Below, piece after piece: positions 1 to 14,617 of a stretch of 64,000 nt of DNA. Positions within the stretch are counted from its first letter, which is position 1, and every line of letters begins with the position of its first letter. The stretch lies in assembly GCA_965261005.1 (NCBI GenBank), contig OZ253375.1, positions 2,816,001 through 2,880,000 of the forward strand, in the 5' to 3' direction. This DNA comes from Deinococcus sp. (GTDB taxonomy: Bacteria; Deinococcota; Deinococci; Deinococcales; Deinococcaceae). The notes under the pieces are model-generated. The model was not told the DNA's origin. It saw only the letters and a program-made list of their open reading frames with translations, and did no database searches. The position numbers were made by a program, and so were the translations under genes.

Positions 1-2
1 GC

Positions 3-383
3 ATTCCGACGGCGGGCATGGCGACGGTGGCCAGTCTGTTTCACCGCGTGGTGTGGATAGCAACTGGCAGCGGCATCGGTCCGACGTTGCCGCACTTGCT
101 CGCCGAAGGGTAAGCCTCACATCTCGTCTGGTCCACCCGTGATCCACGCGCAACTTATGGGGACGCCCTCGTGGATGAAATTCTTGAGGCACAGCCGCAC
201 GCGCTCATTTGGGACACGAATGAGCAAGGGCGGCCCGATCTCGTCGAGTTGGCACGCGAGGCGTACATTAGCTTCGGAGCTGAGGCCGTCATTTGCATCG
301 CCAACAAGCCGCTCACCTGGCAGGTGGTATCCGGCTTGGAGCGTTGTGGCATTCCCGCGTACGGCGCCATTTGGGATTCGTGA
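3..383 (+). pseudogene. 3' part of a ferredoxin-reductase-like (NAD-binding domain) gene with an in-frame TAA at 111-113; begins upstream of the window
   Basis: Frame 3 reads IPTAGMATVASLFHRVVWIATGSGIGPTLPHLLAEG*ASHLVWSTRDP...GAIWDS; ATGSGIGP resembles the FNR NAD-binding motif and the frame continues after the stop. Confidence 0.6.
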
Positions 384-402
384 GGCGGCCTTGAGGAGAA
401 TT

Positions 403-957
403 ATGAAACTGTCCGGGATGGGCCTGTTGTTGGTGGGAACGCTTTTCTTGGGTGCCTGCGCGCCAAGCGCGATGAGCGGGTCGAACGCCGCCGAGGTCAG
501 TCCGTTGGAGGCTGTTAAAATCGCGCCCGGCAAGAGCTTACTGGTCGCCATGAAGTATCCGGCCGCCGCCCTGGAACTGGACGAAAGTATGGTTGAGGGC
601 GCCCTTAACACGGACTTTTTTAACAACCGAGACTTCAACAACAACGTCAAGAGCTATAGCCAACGTTTGAGCTGGCTATCGGCCCAAGCGCAGGACGTGC
701 CGACGGGCTGGAACATCTCGCTGGTCTCGGCCGACGCCTTGCGAGAAGTGCTGAACACCGAAAATTCCAGAACGTTCACTCAGGTTCATTACCGTGATTA
801 CGTGCGCGTGGTCTACAACATCAGCGTTCCTCAAAACGCCGAGAGTGGGCGGCAATACTTGATGGTCAAATTCAAGGACCCACAGGGCCACGGCGCGACC
901 GTGCCGGTCATCGTGGACGTGCCAGGAGCCGGGGGCAAGACCACCGCGCTCAAGTAG
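403..957 (+). CDS. Hypothetical lipoprotein
   Basis: GAGGAG RBS, ATG at 403, signal peptide ending in the lipobox LGAC. Confidence 0.7.
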   Translation: MKLSGMGLLLVGTLFLGACAPSAMSGSNAAEVSPLEAVKIAPGKSLLVAMKYPAAALELDESMVEGALNTDFFNNRDFNNNVKSYSQRLSWLSAQAQDVPTGWNISLVSADALREVLNTENSRTFTQVHYRDYVRVVYNISVPQNAESGRQYLMVKFKDPQGHGATVPVIVDVPGAGGKTTALK

Positions 958-1857
<900 letters not shown>

Positions 1858-2012
1858 GTATACAGTTTAGCAAGCCAAAAACGCCATACAGCAACACTGA
1901 ATCATTATCTCCCAAAGTCGGCACTGACGTGTATTCAGCTGCATATACACTCAGGTCTGGCATTGAAACACGGTGCGGAATGCCTTTCCGGGGCAGGCCC
2001 TATCATGCGGGG

Positions 2013-2591
2013 ATGAACGAGCCGTCTCCCACCATCAACTTGGCCAGCTTGCTGCGCGGCGCGGGGGACGCCAGCGTGCGCGGCGAGCTGAGCGAACTGA
2101 CCTACCAGCAAAACGGCGTCGAGCAGACCCTGCGCTTCGCGCGCCCCAGCCCCTACACCGTCAACGTGAACACGCTGGGCGGCAACGATTTCTGGCTGTC
2201 CGGCCGCTTTTCGCCCAGCCTGACCCTGGAGTGCGCCCGCTGCCTGCGCCCGGTCGAGGTGCCGCTGAACCTCAAGCTGGGCACCATATTGCGCTACCAG
2301 CCGGGCGTGGAGAGGCCGCACATCGGGGAGGCCGAGAGCGGCGAGGAGGTGTTGCTGTTCGGCGCGCCCACCCTGGACCTGAGCGCCTATTTTGCTGAGA
2401 GCGCCTTGGTGGAGGGGCCGCTGAGCGTGCTGCACGACGAGGCCTGCCAAGGCTTGTGTCAGGTGTGCGGCGCCGACCTCAACGACGAAATCTGCGAACA
2501 CGCCGCCCACGTGCCGGTCGAGGCGGACGCGCCACACGCGGTCAGCTCGCCCTTCGCCGCGCTGAGTGGGCTGGACCTTCCGGATGAGTGA
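2013..2591 (+). CDS. YceD/DUF177 family metal-binding protein
   Basis: CARCL and CQGLCQVCG motifs; TATCAT 6 nt before ATG 2013. Confidence 0.85.
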   Translation: MNEPSPTINLASLLRGAGDASVRGELSELTYQQNGVEQTLRFARPSPYTVNVNTLGGNDFWLSGRFSPSLTLECARCLRPVEVPLNLKLGTILRYQPGVERPHIGEAESGEEVLLFGAPTLDLSAYFAESALVEGPLSVLHDEACQGLCQVCGADLNDEICEHAAHVPVEADAPHAVSSPFAALSGLDLPDE

Positions 2592-2625
2592 TGGCGCAGA
2601 TGGACGGTACAAATGAGTGATACAG

Positions 2626-3111
2626 ATGAGTGATGATGCGCCCGAGTTGACCCACTTCTGGGGCGGCCAGCCGCGCATGGTGGACGTGTCGGGCAAGCCG
2701 GAAAGTGAGCGCGCCGCCACCGCCGAGGCTTGGGTCCGTTTGCCACCCGAAGCGAGGCGCGCCCTGGAGGCGGGCGGCCCCAAGGGCGACCCCTTGACGG
2801 TGGCACGCTTGGCGGCCGTGCAAGGGGCCAAGCGCGCCAGCGATCTCGTGCTGCTGTGCCACCCGCTGCCGCTGACCGGGATAGACGTGGAGGTGCGGCT
2901 GGAAGAGGGGGGCGTTCACATCGTCGCCAGCGCGCGTACTGTTGGGCGCACCGGCGTTGAGATGGAAGCCCTCGCCGCCGTCACCGTGGCGGCCCTCAAC
3001 GTCTACGACATGCTCAAGGCCGTCAGCAAGGCCATTGAGATTGATGGCGTGCGGCTGCTGGCCAAGAGCGGCGGCCGTTCGGGCGATTATCGCCGCGAGA
3101 GAACGGCGTGA
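2626..3111 (+). CDS. moaC: Cyclic pyranopterin monophosphate synthase
   Basis: [34 protein letters not shown] motifs. Confidence 0.95.
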   Translation: MSDDAPELTHFWGGQPRMVDVSGKPESERAATAEAWVRLPPEARRALEAGGPKGDPLTVARLAAVQGAKRASDLVLLCHPLPLTGIDVEVRLEEGGVHIVASARTVGRTGVEMEALAAVTVAALNVYDMLKAVSKAIEIDGVRLLAKSGGRSGDYRRERTA

Positions 3112-3962
3112 GAATCGGTTTGCCGGACGCCCTCGGTACGGCCCACTTGCGCTTCTGGGCGCCTTACCTGGGCGACCTCGGGGCCGAGTTGGTGCGGCCC
3201 GCTTTGTCCAAGTTGGGAGCGTACGCCACCGGCCAGGAAAGCTTGGCGGGGGAGCCGCCCCAGGTGCAGCTCGCGCTGGGGCAGATTTTGGAGTTTGGTG
3301 GGGTGGACGCCGTCATCTTGCCGCGGCCGGACGGTTTGCCCGGCGATCCTTGGGGCGAGGACTTGGCCGAGGTGTTGCCGCTGCGCATCAGCAGCTTGCC
3401 CAGCCTGCTGAGCGTGCCGGATGGGGAAGGAGGGGCCGCGCGCGTGGCCGCCGAGTTGGGCGCGCGCTTGACCCACAACCCCGCCTTGGTGCAGCGCGCC
3501 TTGGAACGGCGCCGACCGCTGCTCCGGCCGGCGCGGGCCAGCATGCCGCCGTTGCGCGCCCCCGGCCAGCGCACGGTCGCCGTGCTCGGGCCGGACGCGC
3601 TGCTGGAAGACCCCTTCTTGCTGGGTGAACTGCCCGCCCAATTGGAGGCGCTCGGTTTGTACCCGGTGTACGGCCAGACATTGCCCCAGGACGCGCTGCT
3701 GGAGCGCGCCCTGCGCGTGGACGCCGCCTCGCCGGCGGAGCGCGCGCTGACCGGCGCGCAGTCGCTGCTGGAAGGCAAGGCGGCGGTGCGCGGCCTGATC
3801 TTCGCGCTGCCCGCCCGCGCGCCCGCGTGGCGCGCGGTGGCCGGGCGGCGGCTCGCAGGCGCCCACAAGCCGGCCGTGGCGCTGGACATCGCGCCCGAGC
3901 GTCGCGACTGGACGGAGTTGCACACCTTTGCGGATGGACTCTTGGTCGGAGGTCGGGTGTGA
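3108..3962 (+). CDS. Hypothetical protein
   Basis: 284 aa ORF coupled to moaC by a GTGA overlap. Confidence 0.7.
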   Translation: MRIGLPDALGTAHLRFWAPYLGDLGAELVRPALSKLGAYATGQESLAGEPPQVQLALGQILEFGGVDAVILPRPDGLPGDPWGEDLAEVLPLRISSLPSLLSVPDGEGGAARVAAELGARLTHNPALVQRALERRRPLLRPARASMPPLRAPGQRTVAVLGPDALLEDPFLLGELPAQLEALGLYPVYGQTLPQDALLERALRVDAASPAERALTGAQSLLEGKAAVRGLIFALPARAPAWRAVAGRRLAGAHKPAVALDIAPERRDWTELHTFADGLLVGGRV

Positions 3963-4291
3963 ACGTCTTTCGCACCTTTTGGCGTTGGCTAACCGCGCCC
4001 GATCCCCGGCCGGGCCTGAATCCCGGCAAGCTGGGCAAGCTGCTGCTCAAGTCGCTGCTGTTTGCCCTGGTCGCGGTGACGCTGCAACTGGTGTTGCGCG
4101 CGGCCGGCCTCAGGTTCGTGGACACCATCTGGGGCACCTTTTTGATCGTGCTGCTGGTCTACATTCCCTTCGCGCGCGTGTTGTCGGCGGACTTCGCGCC
4201 GCCGCCGCGCCCGCCGGCGAACGGCAAGAAAATGGCCCGTGTCAAAAAGCGCAAGTACGCCGGCGTGAGAAAGGGCGGGCCACGTCTGTAA
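3959..4291 (+). CDS. Small membrane protein (2 TM, basic C-terminus)
   Basis: GTGA overlap with the previous gene; two hydrophobic segments. Confidence 0.7.
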   Translation: MNVFRTFWRWLTAPDPRPGLNPGKLGKLLLKSLLFALVAVTLQLVLRAAGLRFVDTIWGTFLIVLLVYIPFARVLSADFAPPPRPPANGKKMARVKKRKYAGVRKGGPRL

Positions 4292-4375
4292 CCCCGCCGC
4301 CGTGCTATACTCCGGCCTGTTGCCCCGCCGAACTGGCGGGCGGTTTCAAAATCATTGCCCGAAGAGGTTGAGATC

Positions 4376-4558
4376 ATGTCCAAGCACCCCGTTCCCAAGA
4401 AGAAGACCAGCAAGTCCAAGCGCGACATGCGCCGCAGCCACCACGCCCTGAGCGTGCCCAACTTGGTCGAGTGCCCCCACTGTCACCAAAAGAAGCTGCA
4501 ACACCACGTCTGCCCCAGCTGCGGCTACTACGAGGGCCGCCAGGTGTTGAGCGTCTGA
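4376..4558 (+). CDS. rpmF: 50S ribosomal protein L32
   Basis: [22 protein letters not shown], CxxC...CxxC zinc ribbon. Confidence 0.97.
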   Translation: MSKHPVPKKKTSKSKRDMRRSHHALSVPNLVECPHCHQKKLQHHVCPSCGYYEGRQVLSV

Positions 4559-4595
4559 ACGGGCAAGCCCTCTGAGTGCCCTGCGGGGCGCTTTT

Positions 4596-5129
4596 TTATG
4601 GCTCGACTTCTTGTGGCCCGACTTCGTACCTCGCCTTGTGCTCGGCCATTAGGCGCCGGTACTCGGGGTTGGCCTTGGCCGCGTCCCACTTCGCCTTGAA
4701 CATGCGCGCCGACTCGGCCTTGACGGGGTCCTCGGGGGAGCGCGGCAATTCGGCGCGGCCGTGGGCGCCGCTTTGACCCTGTTTGCCTTGCGGAACTGGC
4801 CCCGCGTACTTCTTGCCCCCCTTGTGATTGGCGTAGCGCCGGGCGCGGGTGTAGCCCATCTGCAAGAACTTCCGGGCCATGTCGGCTCCCACGAAGTCGC
4901 CCGACTCCAGATAAGCCAAGAACATCTGGTACAGGGTCTCGCTGCTTTCCGAGGCGACCTCCGGCGTGGCGAAGCGCCAGTGGGGCAGCAACTCGGCCTT
5001 GTAGGGCTGTACCAACAGCACGCCCTGCTCCCCCTTCCCCACCCGGTACAGCTCGGGACGGTCGCGCAAGTTCAGGGTGCGGTAATCGAGGTTGTAGTCA
5101 AAGCCTTTGCTCACGAAGCCCTTGCTCAT
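4596..5129 (-). CDS. DUF4385 family protein
   Basis: YRVGKGEQGVLLVQPYK...DFVGADMARKFLQMGYTRARRYANHKGG at the 3' end of the long 816 aa frame; ATG overlaps the upstream stop. Confidence 0.8.
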   Translation of the reverse strand: MSKGFVSKGFDYNLDYRTLNLRDRPELYRVGKGEQGVLLVQPYKAELLPHWRFATPEVASESSETLYQMFLAYLESGDFVGADMARKFLQMGYTRARRYANHKGGKKYAGPVPQGKQGQSGAHGRAELPRSPEDPVKAESARMFKAKWDAAKANPEYRRLMAEHKARYEVGPQEVEP

Positions 5130-6025
5130 GGCGCGGCCCGCCACAGCCAACGGTTGCCCCGCACGAAGCTCTCCACCTCGCCTCGCTCTCCCAGTTCGAC
5201 CAGGTGGGCGCCCACGACGCTGCGGTTGAGGACGGCCTCGCTGGGCGTCTGCATGTGGATGTCCAAGTTGTCGCAGACGCGGGCCAGCAACTCGTCGAGG
5301 GTTCCTGGCTCCGCCGTCGCCCGCCGCACCGCCGCCGTGGTGCGCCCGTAAGCGTCCAGGTTGACCCGCGCCAGCTCGGCCAAGTCCCCCGTCGGCTCGC
5401 CGTGGCTGGGCAAGGTGACGCGCACGCCCTGAAGCGCGCCCAACCTGCGCGCGCTTTCTTTTTGCAGGGCGCTGTCCATGCAGAAGGTTAGGGGATGCTT
5501 CTCCAGCACCTCCGGCCCGAACAGCGCGTCGGCGGCGAAGAGGACGTCCCCGACGCGCACGGCGAACATCATGCTGGCGTGGCCGGCCACCTCGATCAGC
5601 TCCAGCGTCACGCCGGCCAGCTTCACCAGGCCCGGCTCGGGGGCCAGGCGGGCGTTCGAGGCCGCGCCCATCAGGAACTTGTTTTGTAGCGCTCTCGGCG
5701 GGCGGGCGCCGAACAGATACAGCGGCTCCAGGATGGGGGAGCGCAGCACCGCCTCCTCCAGGGGGGGCGCGAAGACCTTGATCCCCGGCACGCGCGCCTC
5801 GATCACGGCGTTGCCGCCGTAGTGGTCGGCGTGGCTGTGGGTGTTGAGAATCGCGCGGGGCGTCAGGCCGCGCGCCGAGAGGACCCTCAGCAGCAGCTTG
5901 CCGCGCGACGCGTCCAGCCCGGTGTCCACGATCAGGGCGCCGCCCGCGCCGTCTTCGAGCACCAGTTGGTTGACCGCGCCCGGCAGGGAGTGGACGCCGG
6001 GGGAGAGCGGAACGAGGTCGGCCAC
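5126..6025 (-). CDS. MBL-fold metallo-hydrolase
   Basis: [10 protein letters not shown] motif, later GH and PSHG; GTG start inferred. Confidence 0.85.
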   Translation of the reverse strand: MADLVPLSPGVHSLPGAVNQLVLEDGAGGALIVDTGLDASRGKLLLRVLSARGLTPRAILNTHSHADHYGGNAVIEARVPGIKVFAPPLEEAVLRSPILEPLYLFGARPPRALQNKFLMGAASNARLAPEPGLVKLAGVTLELIEVAGHASMMFAVRVGDVLFAADALFGPEVLEKHPLTFCMDSALQKESARRLGALQGVRVTLPSHGEPTGDLAELARVNLDAYGRTTAAVRRATAEPGTLDELLARVCDNLDIHMQTPSEAVLNRSVVGAHLVELGERGEVESFVRGNRWLWRAAP

Positions 6026-6065
6026 GCCCCAAGGTAGCGCGTACACTGAGGCCACGGAGGAACCC

Positions 6066-7370
6066 ATGTTCAAGCCCCAGACTGCCCTGGCCCTGCTGGC
6101 TCTTGCCGCCCTCGGCGCGCAGGCCCAGCAAAACCGCGTGGACACCATTCGCCCAGACGCCCCGGCCCTGGCGCCCTACGGCAAGTACAACGTCGGCGTG
6201 CAGACCCTCAGGCTGGTTCACGCCGGCCAGGTGGACGTGCTGAACGCCAAGGCGGGCCAGCCGAACCCCGTCTATGACCGTCCCCTGACGGTGGAGGTGT
6301 GGTATCCGGCCAATTTGAACGGGCGGGCGCCGGGGGGCGAGTACACCGTCGTCACGCGCGACCCGAAGGTTGAGGCGACCCTGACCGGCCGCGCCGTGCG
6401 GGACGCGGCGCCCGACCCCAGCGGCGGGCCGTACCCGCTTATCATCATCTCGCACGGCTATCCCGGCAACCGCTACCTGCTGAGCGACCTGGGCGAGAAC
6501 CTCGCCAGCAAGGGCTACGTGACCGTCTCCATCGACCACACCGACAGCACCTACAGCGACCAGGGCGCCTTTGCCAGCACGCTGCTCAACCGGCCGCTCG
6601 ACCAGCTGTTTGTTCTCGACGAGATGGCGCGCCTGAACGGCGAGGACGGCTTCCTGAAGGGATTGGTCAACGCGGACGACACCGGCCTGATCGGCTACTC
6701 GATGGGCGCCTACGGGGCGGTCAACGTGATCGGGGGCGGCTTCACGGCGCAGAGCGTGAAGCTCCCCTTCGCGCCCCCGGGCGACCTGCTCGCGCGGCGG
6801 CAGGCGGGCAACCCCGAGTACCGAGCCAGCCTGGACGGGCGCATCAAGGCGGCCATCGCCATCGCGCCGTGGGGCTGGAACGCGGGCTTTTGGGACGCGG
6901 CGGGCCTGGCGGGCGTCAAGACGCCGGTGCTGTTCATGGCCGGCAGCGTGGACGACGTGGCCGGCTACTCCCCCGGCGTGCGCAACATCTTTGAGGGGGC
7001 CGTCAACGCCGACCGCTACCTGCTGACCTTCCAGAACGCCAACCACAACGCCGCCGCCCCCATCCCCGCGCCCCTAGAGACGTGGCAGCCCGGTCCCACG
7101 GCCGGTTTGAACCCTTTTGAGCACTACGCCGACCCGGTCTGGGACACGGCGCGCATGAACAACGTCGCCGAGCACTTCGCCACCGCTTTCTTCGGCGAGT
7201 ACCTCAAAAAGGACCCGGCCATGCGTGACTACCTGAACCTGACCGAGAATTCGAGTGACGGCAAATACTCGGTGGACAAGGACGGCCAGCCGCTGCCGGA
7301 CTTCACCTATTGGAAGGGCTTTCCCAACCGCACGGCGGTGGGGCTGCGCCTGGAGCACCTGAGACCTTGA
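6066..7370 (+). CDS. Secreted alpha/beta hydrolase (dienelactone hydrolase-like)
   Basis: Signal peptide, SHGYPG, GYSMG nucleophile elbow, ANHN; GGAGG RBS. Confidence 0.85.
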   Translation: MFKPQTALALLALAALGAQAQQNRVDTIRPDAPALAPYGKYNVGVQTLRLVHAGQVDVLNAKAGQPNPVYDRPLTVEVWYPANLNGRAPGGEYTVVTRDPKVEATLTGRAVRDAAPDPSGGPYPLIIISHGYPGNRYLLSDLGENLASKGYVTVSIDHTDSTYSDQGAFASTLLNRPLDQLFVLDEMARLNGEDGFLKGLVNADDTGLIGYSMGAYGAVNVIGGGFTAQSVKLPFAPPGDLLARRQAGNPEYRASLDGRIKAAIAIAPWGWNAGFWDAAGLAGVKTPVLFMAGSVDDVAGYSPGVRNIFEGAVNADRYLLTFQNANHNAAAPIPAPLETWQPGPTAGLNPFEHYADPVWDTARMNNVAEHFATAFFGEYLKKDPAMRDYLNLTENSSDGKYSVDKDGQPLPDFTYWKGFPNRTAVGLRLEHLRP

Positions 7371-8287
7371 GCAGTCCAAAACGCCAACCGAACCGCCCGG
7401 TCACGCTGCTGATCAATGGCCGCTCGCGCACGGGGGAGGCCCAGTTTGAACTGGCCGTGGCCGCCCTGCGGGGGGTGGGCCTGGAGCCGACGCCCCGCTT
7501 GGTCCTGGGCGTTCCCCACGCCGAGGACTTGCTTCAGCGTGAGGTGGAGTTGGGCGCGGCGCTGGTCGTCGTGGGCGGCGGCGACGGCACGCTGTCGCAG
7601 GCGGCGGGCATGCTGGCCGGCACGGAGACGGCGCTGGGCATCTTGCCGCTGGGCAGCGGCAACACCTTCGCGCGCAGCGTGGGCGTGCCGCGGGAATTGG
7701 CCGAGGCCGCGCGGGTGATTGCGGCCGGGTCGGTGCGCGCGGTGGACGTGGGCGTGGTGAACGGGCGGGTGTTTCTCAACAGCGTCGCGCTGGGCTTGTC
7801 GGCGGACATGGCGCGTCATTTGGACGCGGGGGCGAAACAGCGCCTCGGCCTGTTGGCGTGGCCGCTGGTGGGGGCGCGGGAGCTGTGGCGCCACCAGCCG
7901 CTCGACCTCAAGTTGGAGTACGACGGCGGGGAGCGGCGCCTCACGACCCACCAACTCGCGCTGGTGAACGGGCGCTACTTGGCCGGTCCCCTGCTCGCCA
8001 CGCCGGGCGCCTCGGTGCAGGACCGCCGCTTGGAGGTGCTGTCTTACGGCGGCGCCAGCCTGACCTCGCTGCTGCTGGCCGGCGCGCGCTGGGCGTTGGC
8101 GGGCCGGAACCGCCGCCCCGGCGTTCGCCTGTTTGACGCGCGGCGCGTCCGGGTGAAGATCGTGGGCGGCGAGGCGTGGCTCAGCGCGGACGGGGAGGTC
8201 CGGCAGGTGAGTGAACTCGACGTGTCGCTGCGGCCCGGCGCCCTGCGCGTGGTGACGCCAAAGGACTTCGAGCCGGAGCAGGTGTAG
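7367..8287 (+). CDS. Diacylglycerol/lipid kinase family (YegS/BmrU-like)
   Basis: [21 protein letters not shown] motifs; TTG start overlapping the upstream stop. Confidence 0.9.
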   Translation: MSSPKRQPNRPVTLLINGRSRTGEAQFELAVAALRGVGLEPTPRLVLGVPHAEDLLQREVELGAALVVVGGGDGTLSQAAGMLAGTETALGILPLGSGNTFARSVGVPRELAEAARVIAAGSVRAVDVGVVNGRVFLNSVALGLSADMARHLDAGAKQRLGLLAWPLVGARELWRHQPLDLKLEYDGGERRLTTHQLALVNGRYLAGPLLATPGASVQDRRLEVLSYGGASLTSLLLAGARWALAGRNRRPGVRLFDARRVRVKIVGGEAWLSADGEVRQVSELDVSLRPGALRVVTPKDFEPEQV

Positions 8288-8330
8288 GACGGGGCGCACA
8301 GCGGGACGGGCAAATCCTCTAGCATGCGGA

Positions 8331-9488
8331 ATGGCCTCTTACCTTCACGCAATCGGGACCGCCGTGCCGGAGACGGTCTTGCCGCAAGCGTTTTCCCGTG
8401 ACCTGCTCAGGGAACAGCCCGAACTCGACCGGCGGGCGCGGCGCCTCGTGCCGGCCATCTTCGACGCCTCGGCCATCGAGCGGCGCCACACGGCCGTTTC
8501 CGAGATGCTGCGCGGAAAGGACGAGCCGGCCGGCCTCTTCTTCGACCCGGCCACCCGGCGCTTGCTGAACCCGAGTACCGGCGTTCGCAACGATTTCTAC
8601 GCCGAGGCCGCCGCCAAGCTGTTCGTGGCCGCCGCGCAGGATGTTCTGGGAGCCTGTGACGGCGTCGCGGCGGCGGACGTCACCCACGTCGTCACAGTTT
8701 CCTGCACCGGCTTTTTCGCGCCCGGTCCTGACTACGCGGTGGTGCGCGCCCTGGGCCTTGCGCCCAGCGTGCAGCGCTTCCACTTGGGCTTTATGGGCTG
8801 CTACGCCGCCTTTCCCGCGCTCAAGCTGGCCAAAGCCTTTTGTGAGGCGGACCCGGAAGCGGTCGTGCTCTTGGTCTGCGCTGAGCTGTGCTCGATTCAC
8901 GTGCGCGCCTCCAGCGACCCCGACAGCCTGATCGCCAACTCGGTGTTCGCCGACGGGGCCGCCGCCGCCCTCGTGAGCGCGCGTCGGCCGGCGGCCGGCG
9001 CGGGGGCGCTGCGGCTCGACCACTTCGAGACGACCCTGACGCCGACGGGGGAGCGCGACATGGCTTGGAAAATCGGCGACCAAGGCTTCGAGATGGTCTT
9101 GAGCACCTACGTGCCGCACATCATCGAAGAGCACATCCACGGCGCGCTGGCCCCCCTGCTGGCTCACGACGGGACCGAATATACGGGCGTCCGGCACTGG
9201 GCCATTCACCCCGGTGGGCGTAGCATTCTCGACAAGGTGTAGGCGAGCCTGGCCCTCAGCGACGCGCAACTCGGCCCTTCGCGTGAGGTGTTGCGCGACT
9301 ACGGCAACATGAGCAGCGCCACCGTGCTGTTCATCTTGAAGCGCATTTTGGAAGAGACCGGCGGCGTGGGCGGCCAGCGGCTGGACGGCGAGCGGGTGGG
9401 CGCGGTGGCCTTTGGGCCGGGCCTCACGGTGGAAAGCGGCTTGATGACCCACCTGCCGGCCGTGGCCCTGCGCGCCGCCGCCGATTGA
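8331..9488 (+). pseudogene. Type III polyketide synthase interrupted by an in-frame TAG at 9240-9242
   Basis: FMGCYA (Cys) and IHPGG (His) before the stop; YGNMSSATV (Asn) and AFGPGLTVE after it in the same frame. Confidence 0.9.
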
Positions 9489-9501
9489 CGGGGGCCGCTT
9501 G

Positions 9502-10203
9502 ATGCTGCCCCTGGCCCGGCGCGCCCCCCAAGCGCGCGAGCGCATGGACGCCCCCGACTGCGACCCCGCCACCCTGCGACGCACCTACCGGCAATTTCGG
9601 GTGATCAACGCCGTGGTGGCCGGCTGGCGCGCGGTGTACCTGCGCGAGCTGCGCCCGCTGCTCTCCGCCGACCGGCCCAGCACCCTGCTCGACATCGGCA
9701 GCGGCGGGGGCGACCTGCCGCTGAACCTCGCCCGCTGGGCGGCGCGGGATGGTCTGAAGCTGCATATTACGGCCGTCGATCCGGACGCACGCGCCATTCA
9801 GTATGCCCGCAGCCTGCCCCAGCGGCCGGACGTGAAGTTTGTGCAGGCGACCAGCGATGACGTGCTGGCACGCGGACAGATTTTCGACTTCGTCACCTCG
9901 AACCACCTGCTGCACCACCTCAGCGCGGATGAGCTGGGCGCGCTGCTGCGCGACTGCGAGGTTCTGGGCCGGGTCAAGGTCGTCCACGGTGACATTGAGC
10001 GCAGCCCCGTCGCCTACGCCGCCTTCGGGCTGGGCACCTGGCCCTTCTTTCGCGGCTCCTTTATTCGCGAGGACGGTTTGACCTCGATTCGGCGCAGCTA
10101 CACGGCGGCCGAGCTGGGGGCCGCCGTGCCGCCGAACTGGACCGTCAAGCGACAGTTCCCGTACCGCAACCTGCTGATCTACGCGCCCGGAAATCCGGCC
10201 TGA
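9502..10203 (+). CDS. Class I SAM-dependent methyltransferase
   Basis: LLDIGSGGGD motif; lies in the type III PKS operon. Confidence 0.85.
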   Translation: MLPLARRAPQARERMDAPDCDPATLRRTYRQFRVINAVVAGWRAVYLRELRPLLSADRPSTLLDIGSGGGDLPLNLARWAARDGLKLHITAVDPDARAIQYARSLPQRPDVKFVQATSDDVLARGQIFDFVTSNHLLHHLSADELGALLRDCEVLGRVKVVHGDIERSPVAYAAFGLGTWPFFRGSFIREDGLTSIRRSYTAAELGAAVPPNWTVKRQFPYRNLLIYAPGNPA

Positions 10204-11324
10204 TGCTGGACGTTATCGTCGTCGGGGGTGGGCCGGTCGGTCTGTTCCTGGCCTGCCTGCTCGCTCGGCGCGGCCTGAGCGTGCGGGTGTTGGAGCGCCG
10301 CACCGAACGAAGCGGCCACTCGCGCGCCATCGGCATTCACCCGCCGGCCCTGGAGGCCTTTGAGGAGATCGGCCTGACCGGGCGGCTGCTGGAGAACGGC
10401 GTGCGCATCGCGGGCGGCCTGCTGCGGGGTGAGCGCGAGGTGCTGGGCGAGCTGACCTTTGCGGGCGTCTCTGGGCGCTACCCCTTTATCGTGTCGCTGC
10501 CCCAGCACGACACCGAAGAATTGCTGGAGCGGCGCCTGGGCGAGCTGGCCCCGGACGCGCTCAGGCGGGGGGCGCGGGTCACACGGCTACAAGATTGCGG
10601 CGCCCACGTCCGCGTGACCTTTGATACCCCGGAGGGCGAACAACACCTGAGGGCGCGCTTCGTGGTCGGCGCGGACGGGGTACAAAGCGTGGTCCGGCAG
10701 CTTATGGGCGTTCCTACGGTCGGGCGAACCTACGCCGACACCTACCTGATGGGCGACTACCCGGACACCACCGTGTACGGCGCGGCGGCCGTGATCTCGC
10801 TGCCAAGCGGCGGCGTGGTGGAGTCCTTTCCGCTGCCGGGGGGCAAACGGCGCTGGGTGGTTCGCACCGGCAGCCTGCGGCGGAACGCGACCGCGCACGA
10901 CCTCAGCGCGCTCGTGTGGGCGCGCACGGGCTTGCACGTACCGGCGGGGGAGAACAGCATGCTCAGCGCCTTTGGGGTGCGCCGCCACGTCGCCGCGCGC
11001 ATGTCGAGCGGCAGGGTCATGCTGATCGGGGACGCCGCGCACGAGGTCAGCCCCATCGGCGGGCAGGGCATGAACCTGGGCTGGCTGGACGCGGCGGCCC
11101 TGGCCCCGCTGCTGGCGCGGGGTCAGCGGGACTTGCGCGCCTTTGGGCGCGCCCGCCGCCGCTCGGCGCAGGTCGCCGCCACCCAGGCCGAGCTGAACAT
11201 GCTGATGGGCCGGCCCCTCGGCAGCCCGCGCCTGCGGCGGGAGCGCGAGGCGCTACTGCATAGGCTGCTGGCCTCCCCGCTGGCCTCGCTGCTGGCGCGC
11301 GCCTTTACCATGCGCTGGCTGTGA
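10203..11324 (+). CDS. FAD-dependent monooxygenase
   Basis: GGGPVG, GADG, GDAAHEVSPIGGQGMNLG motifs. Confidence 0.9.
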   Translation: MLDVIVVGGGPVGLFLACLLARRGLSVRVLERRTERSGHSRAIGIHPPALEAFEEIGLTGRLLENGVRIAGGLLRGEREVLGELTFAGVSGRYPFIVSLPQHDTEELLERRLGELAPDALRRGARVTRLQDCGAHVRVTFDTPEGEQHLRARFVVGADGVQSVVRQLMGVPTVGRTYADTYLMGDYPDTTVYGAAAVISLPSGGVVESFPLPGGKRRWVVRTGSLRRNATAHDLSALVWARTGLHVPAGENSMLSAFGVRRHVAARMSSGRVMLIGDAAHEVSPIGGQGMNLGWLDAAALAPLLARGQRDLRAFGRARRRSAQVAATQAELNMLMGRPLGSPRLRREREALLHRLLASPLASLLARAFTMRWL

Positions 11325-12557
<1,233 letters not shown>

Positions 12558-12660
12558 GCCGCCCAGCATAGCGTCCTTGACCAGGGCGGCTTCTATTCGG
12601 TATAGTCCCCTTTGCTGGACACCGAGGCGCGACCGCGCTCAGCGCGGCGAGCCGTTGGAA

Positions 12661-12770
<110 letters not shown>

Positions 12771-12782
12771 GTCTTCGTGCGG

Positions 12783-13241
12783 TTATGCCGATTCTGGAAT
12801 GGAAAGCGGCAGCTCGAAACGCACCTCTTCCGGCTCTGTAGCCCTGAAGACCAGCGTCGCCTCAAAGCCCAGCGCCGCCGCGAAGCGGGCGATGGTGTCG
12901 AGCTTGGCGTTCTCGCCGCGCTCCAAGTGCGCGACGCGCGAGCGGGTGATGCCCAAGGCGTCCCCGACCTCCTGCAAGGTCTTGTGCCGCTCGGCGCGCA
13001 GGGCTGCCAGCACCTTGCCGAGGGACTGCTCGACGTACAGGCGCTCGACCTCGGCCGCTAGTTCGTTCGGGGTCATCTCCACGACCAGGCCGCGCGCGAG
13101 CAGCTCGTCGTCGGTGAACGGGGAGGTCTCCATGCCCGCAGCAGCATTGAGCATCTCGACCATTTCGGCATCGGGGAGTTCGTCCAGGTTCAGCTGCTCT
13201 TGCCACTCCTGCGCGGTCTTGTCGGCACGTTCCCAAATCAT
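12783..13241 (-). CDS. XRE-family HTH protein, probable HigA-like antitoxin
   Basis: C-terminal HTH (TLQEVGDALGITRSRVAHLERG); ATGA overlap with the upstream toxin-like frame. Confidence 0.8.
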   Translation of the reverse strand: MIWERADKTAQEWQEQLNLDELPDAEMVEMLNAAAGMETSPFTDDELLARGLVVEMTPNELAAEVERLYVEQSLGKVLAALRAERHKTLQEVGDALGITRSRVAHLERGENAKLDTIARFAAALGFEATLVFRATEPEEVRFELPLSIPESA

Positions 13242-13600
13242 GATGTTCTCCGATCTTCGCAGTAGGCGCGAAGGGCTTCGTTCAGCTTGGCGGTGCTGGC
13301 CTGCGTCCCTTCCTTGGTTTCCGCGCCACACAGCACTGGCAGATTGTTGCGCGACCGGAAGAAGTAGACGCGCGCCCCGCCCTTCTCGCCGCCGCGCGCT
13401 CTTGTCTTGAGTCCTCACACCGGGGTGCCGTGCAGGGCCTTGACAAAGCAGCTCTCGCGGCCGTTCAAAGCGAGGTCGCCCACCATGCGGATGATGGCGG
13501 TCACGGCCTCGTCCTGCCGCCCAGCGCGCATGGCGAGCAAATCCTCCACGATCATGCTGCGCTCGCTGCCCGCGCGCTTAGCCTGGAGAAGCTTGGGCAC
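13238..13600 (-). pseudogene. RelE/HigB-like toxin with an in-frame TGA at 13415-13417
   Basis: VKALHGTPV*GLKTRARGGEKGGARVYFF... continues in frame to a stop overlapping the antitoxin ATG. Confidence 0.7.
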
Positions 13601-13648
13601 GTGTTTATACTACAGTAAACAGCCTCGTGCTTTCCATGTCGCTGCCGG

Positions 13649-14617
<969 letters not shown>

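Noticed and set aside
4596..7046. 816 aa - strand ORF and similar long ORFs (19596-21317, 27804-29576, 61664-63691)
   Set aside because: Antisense shadow frames of real high-GC genes; only the 3' end 4596-5129 is a credible gene
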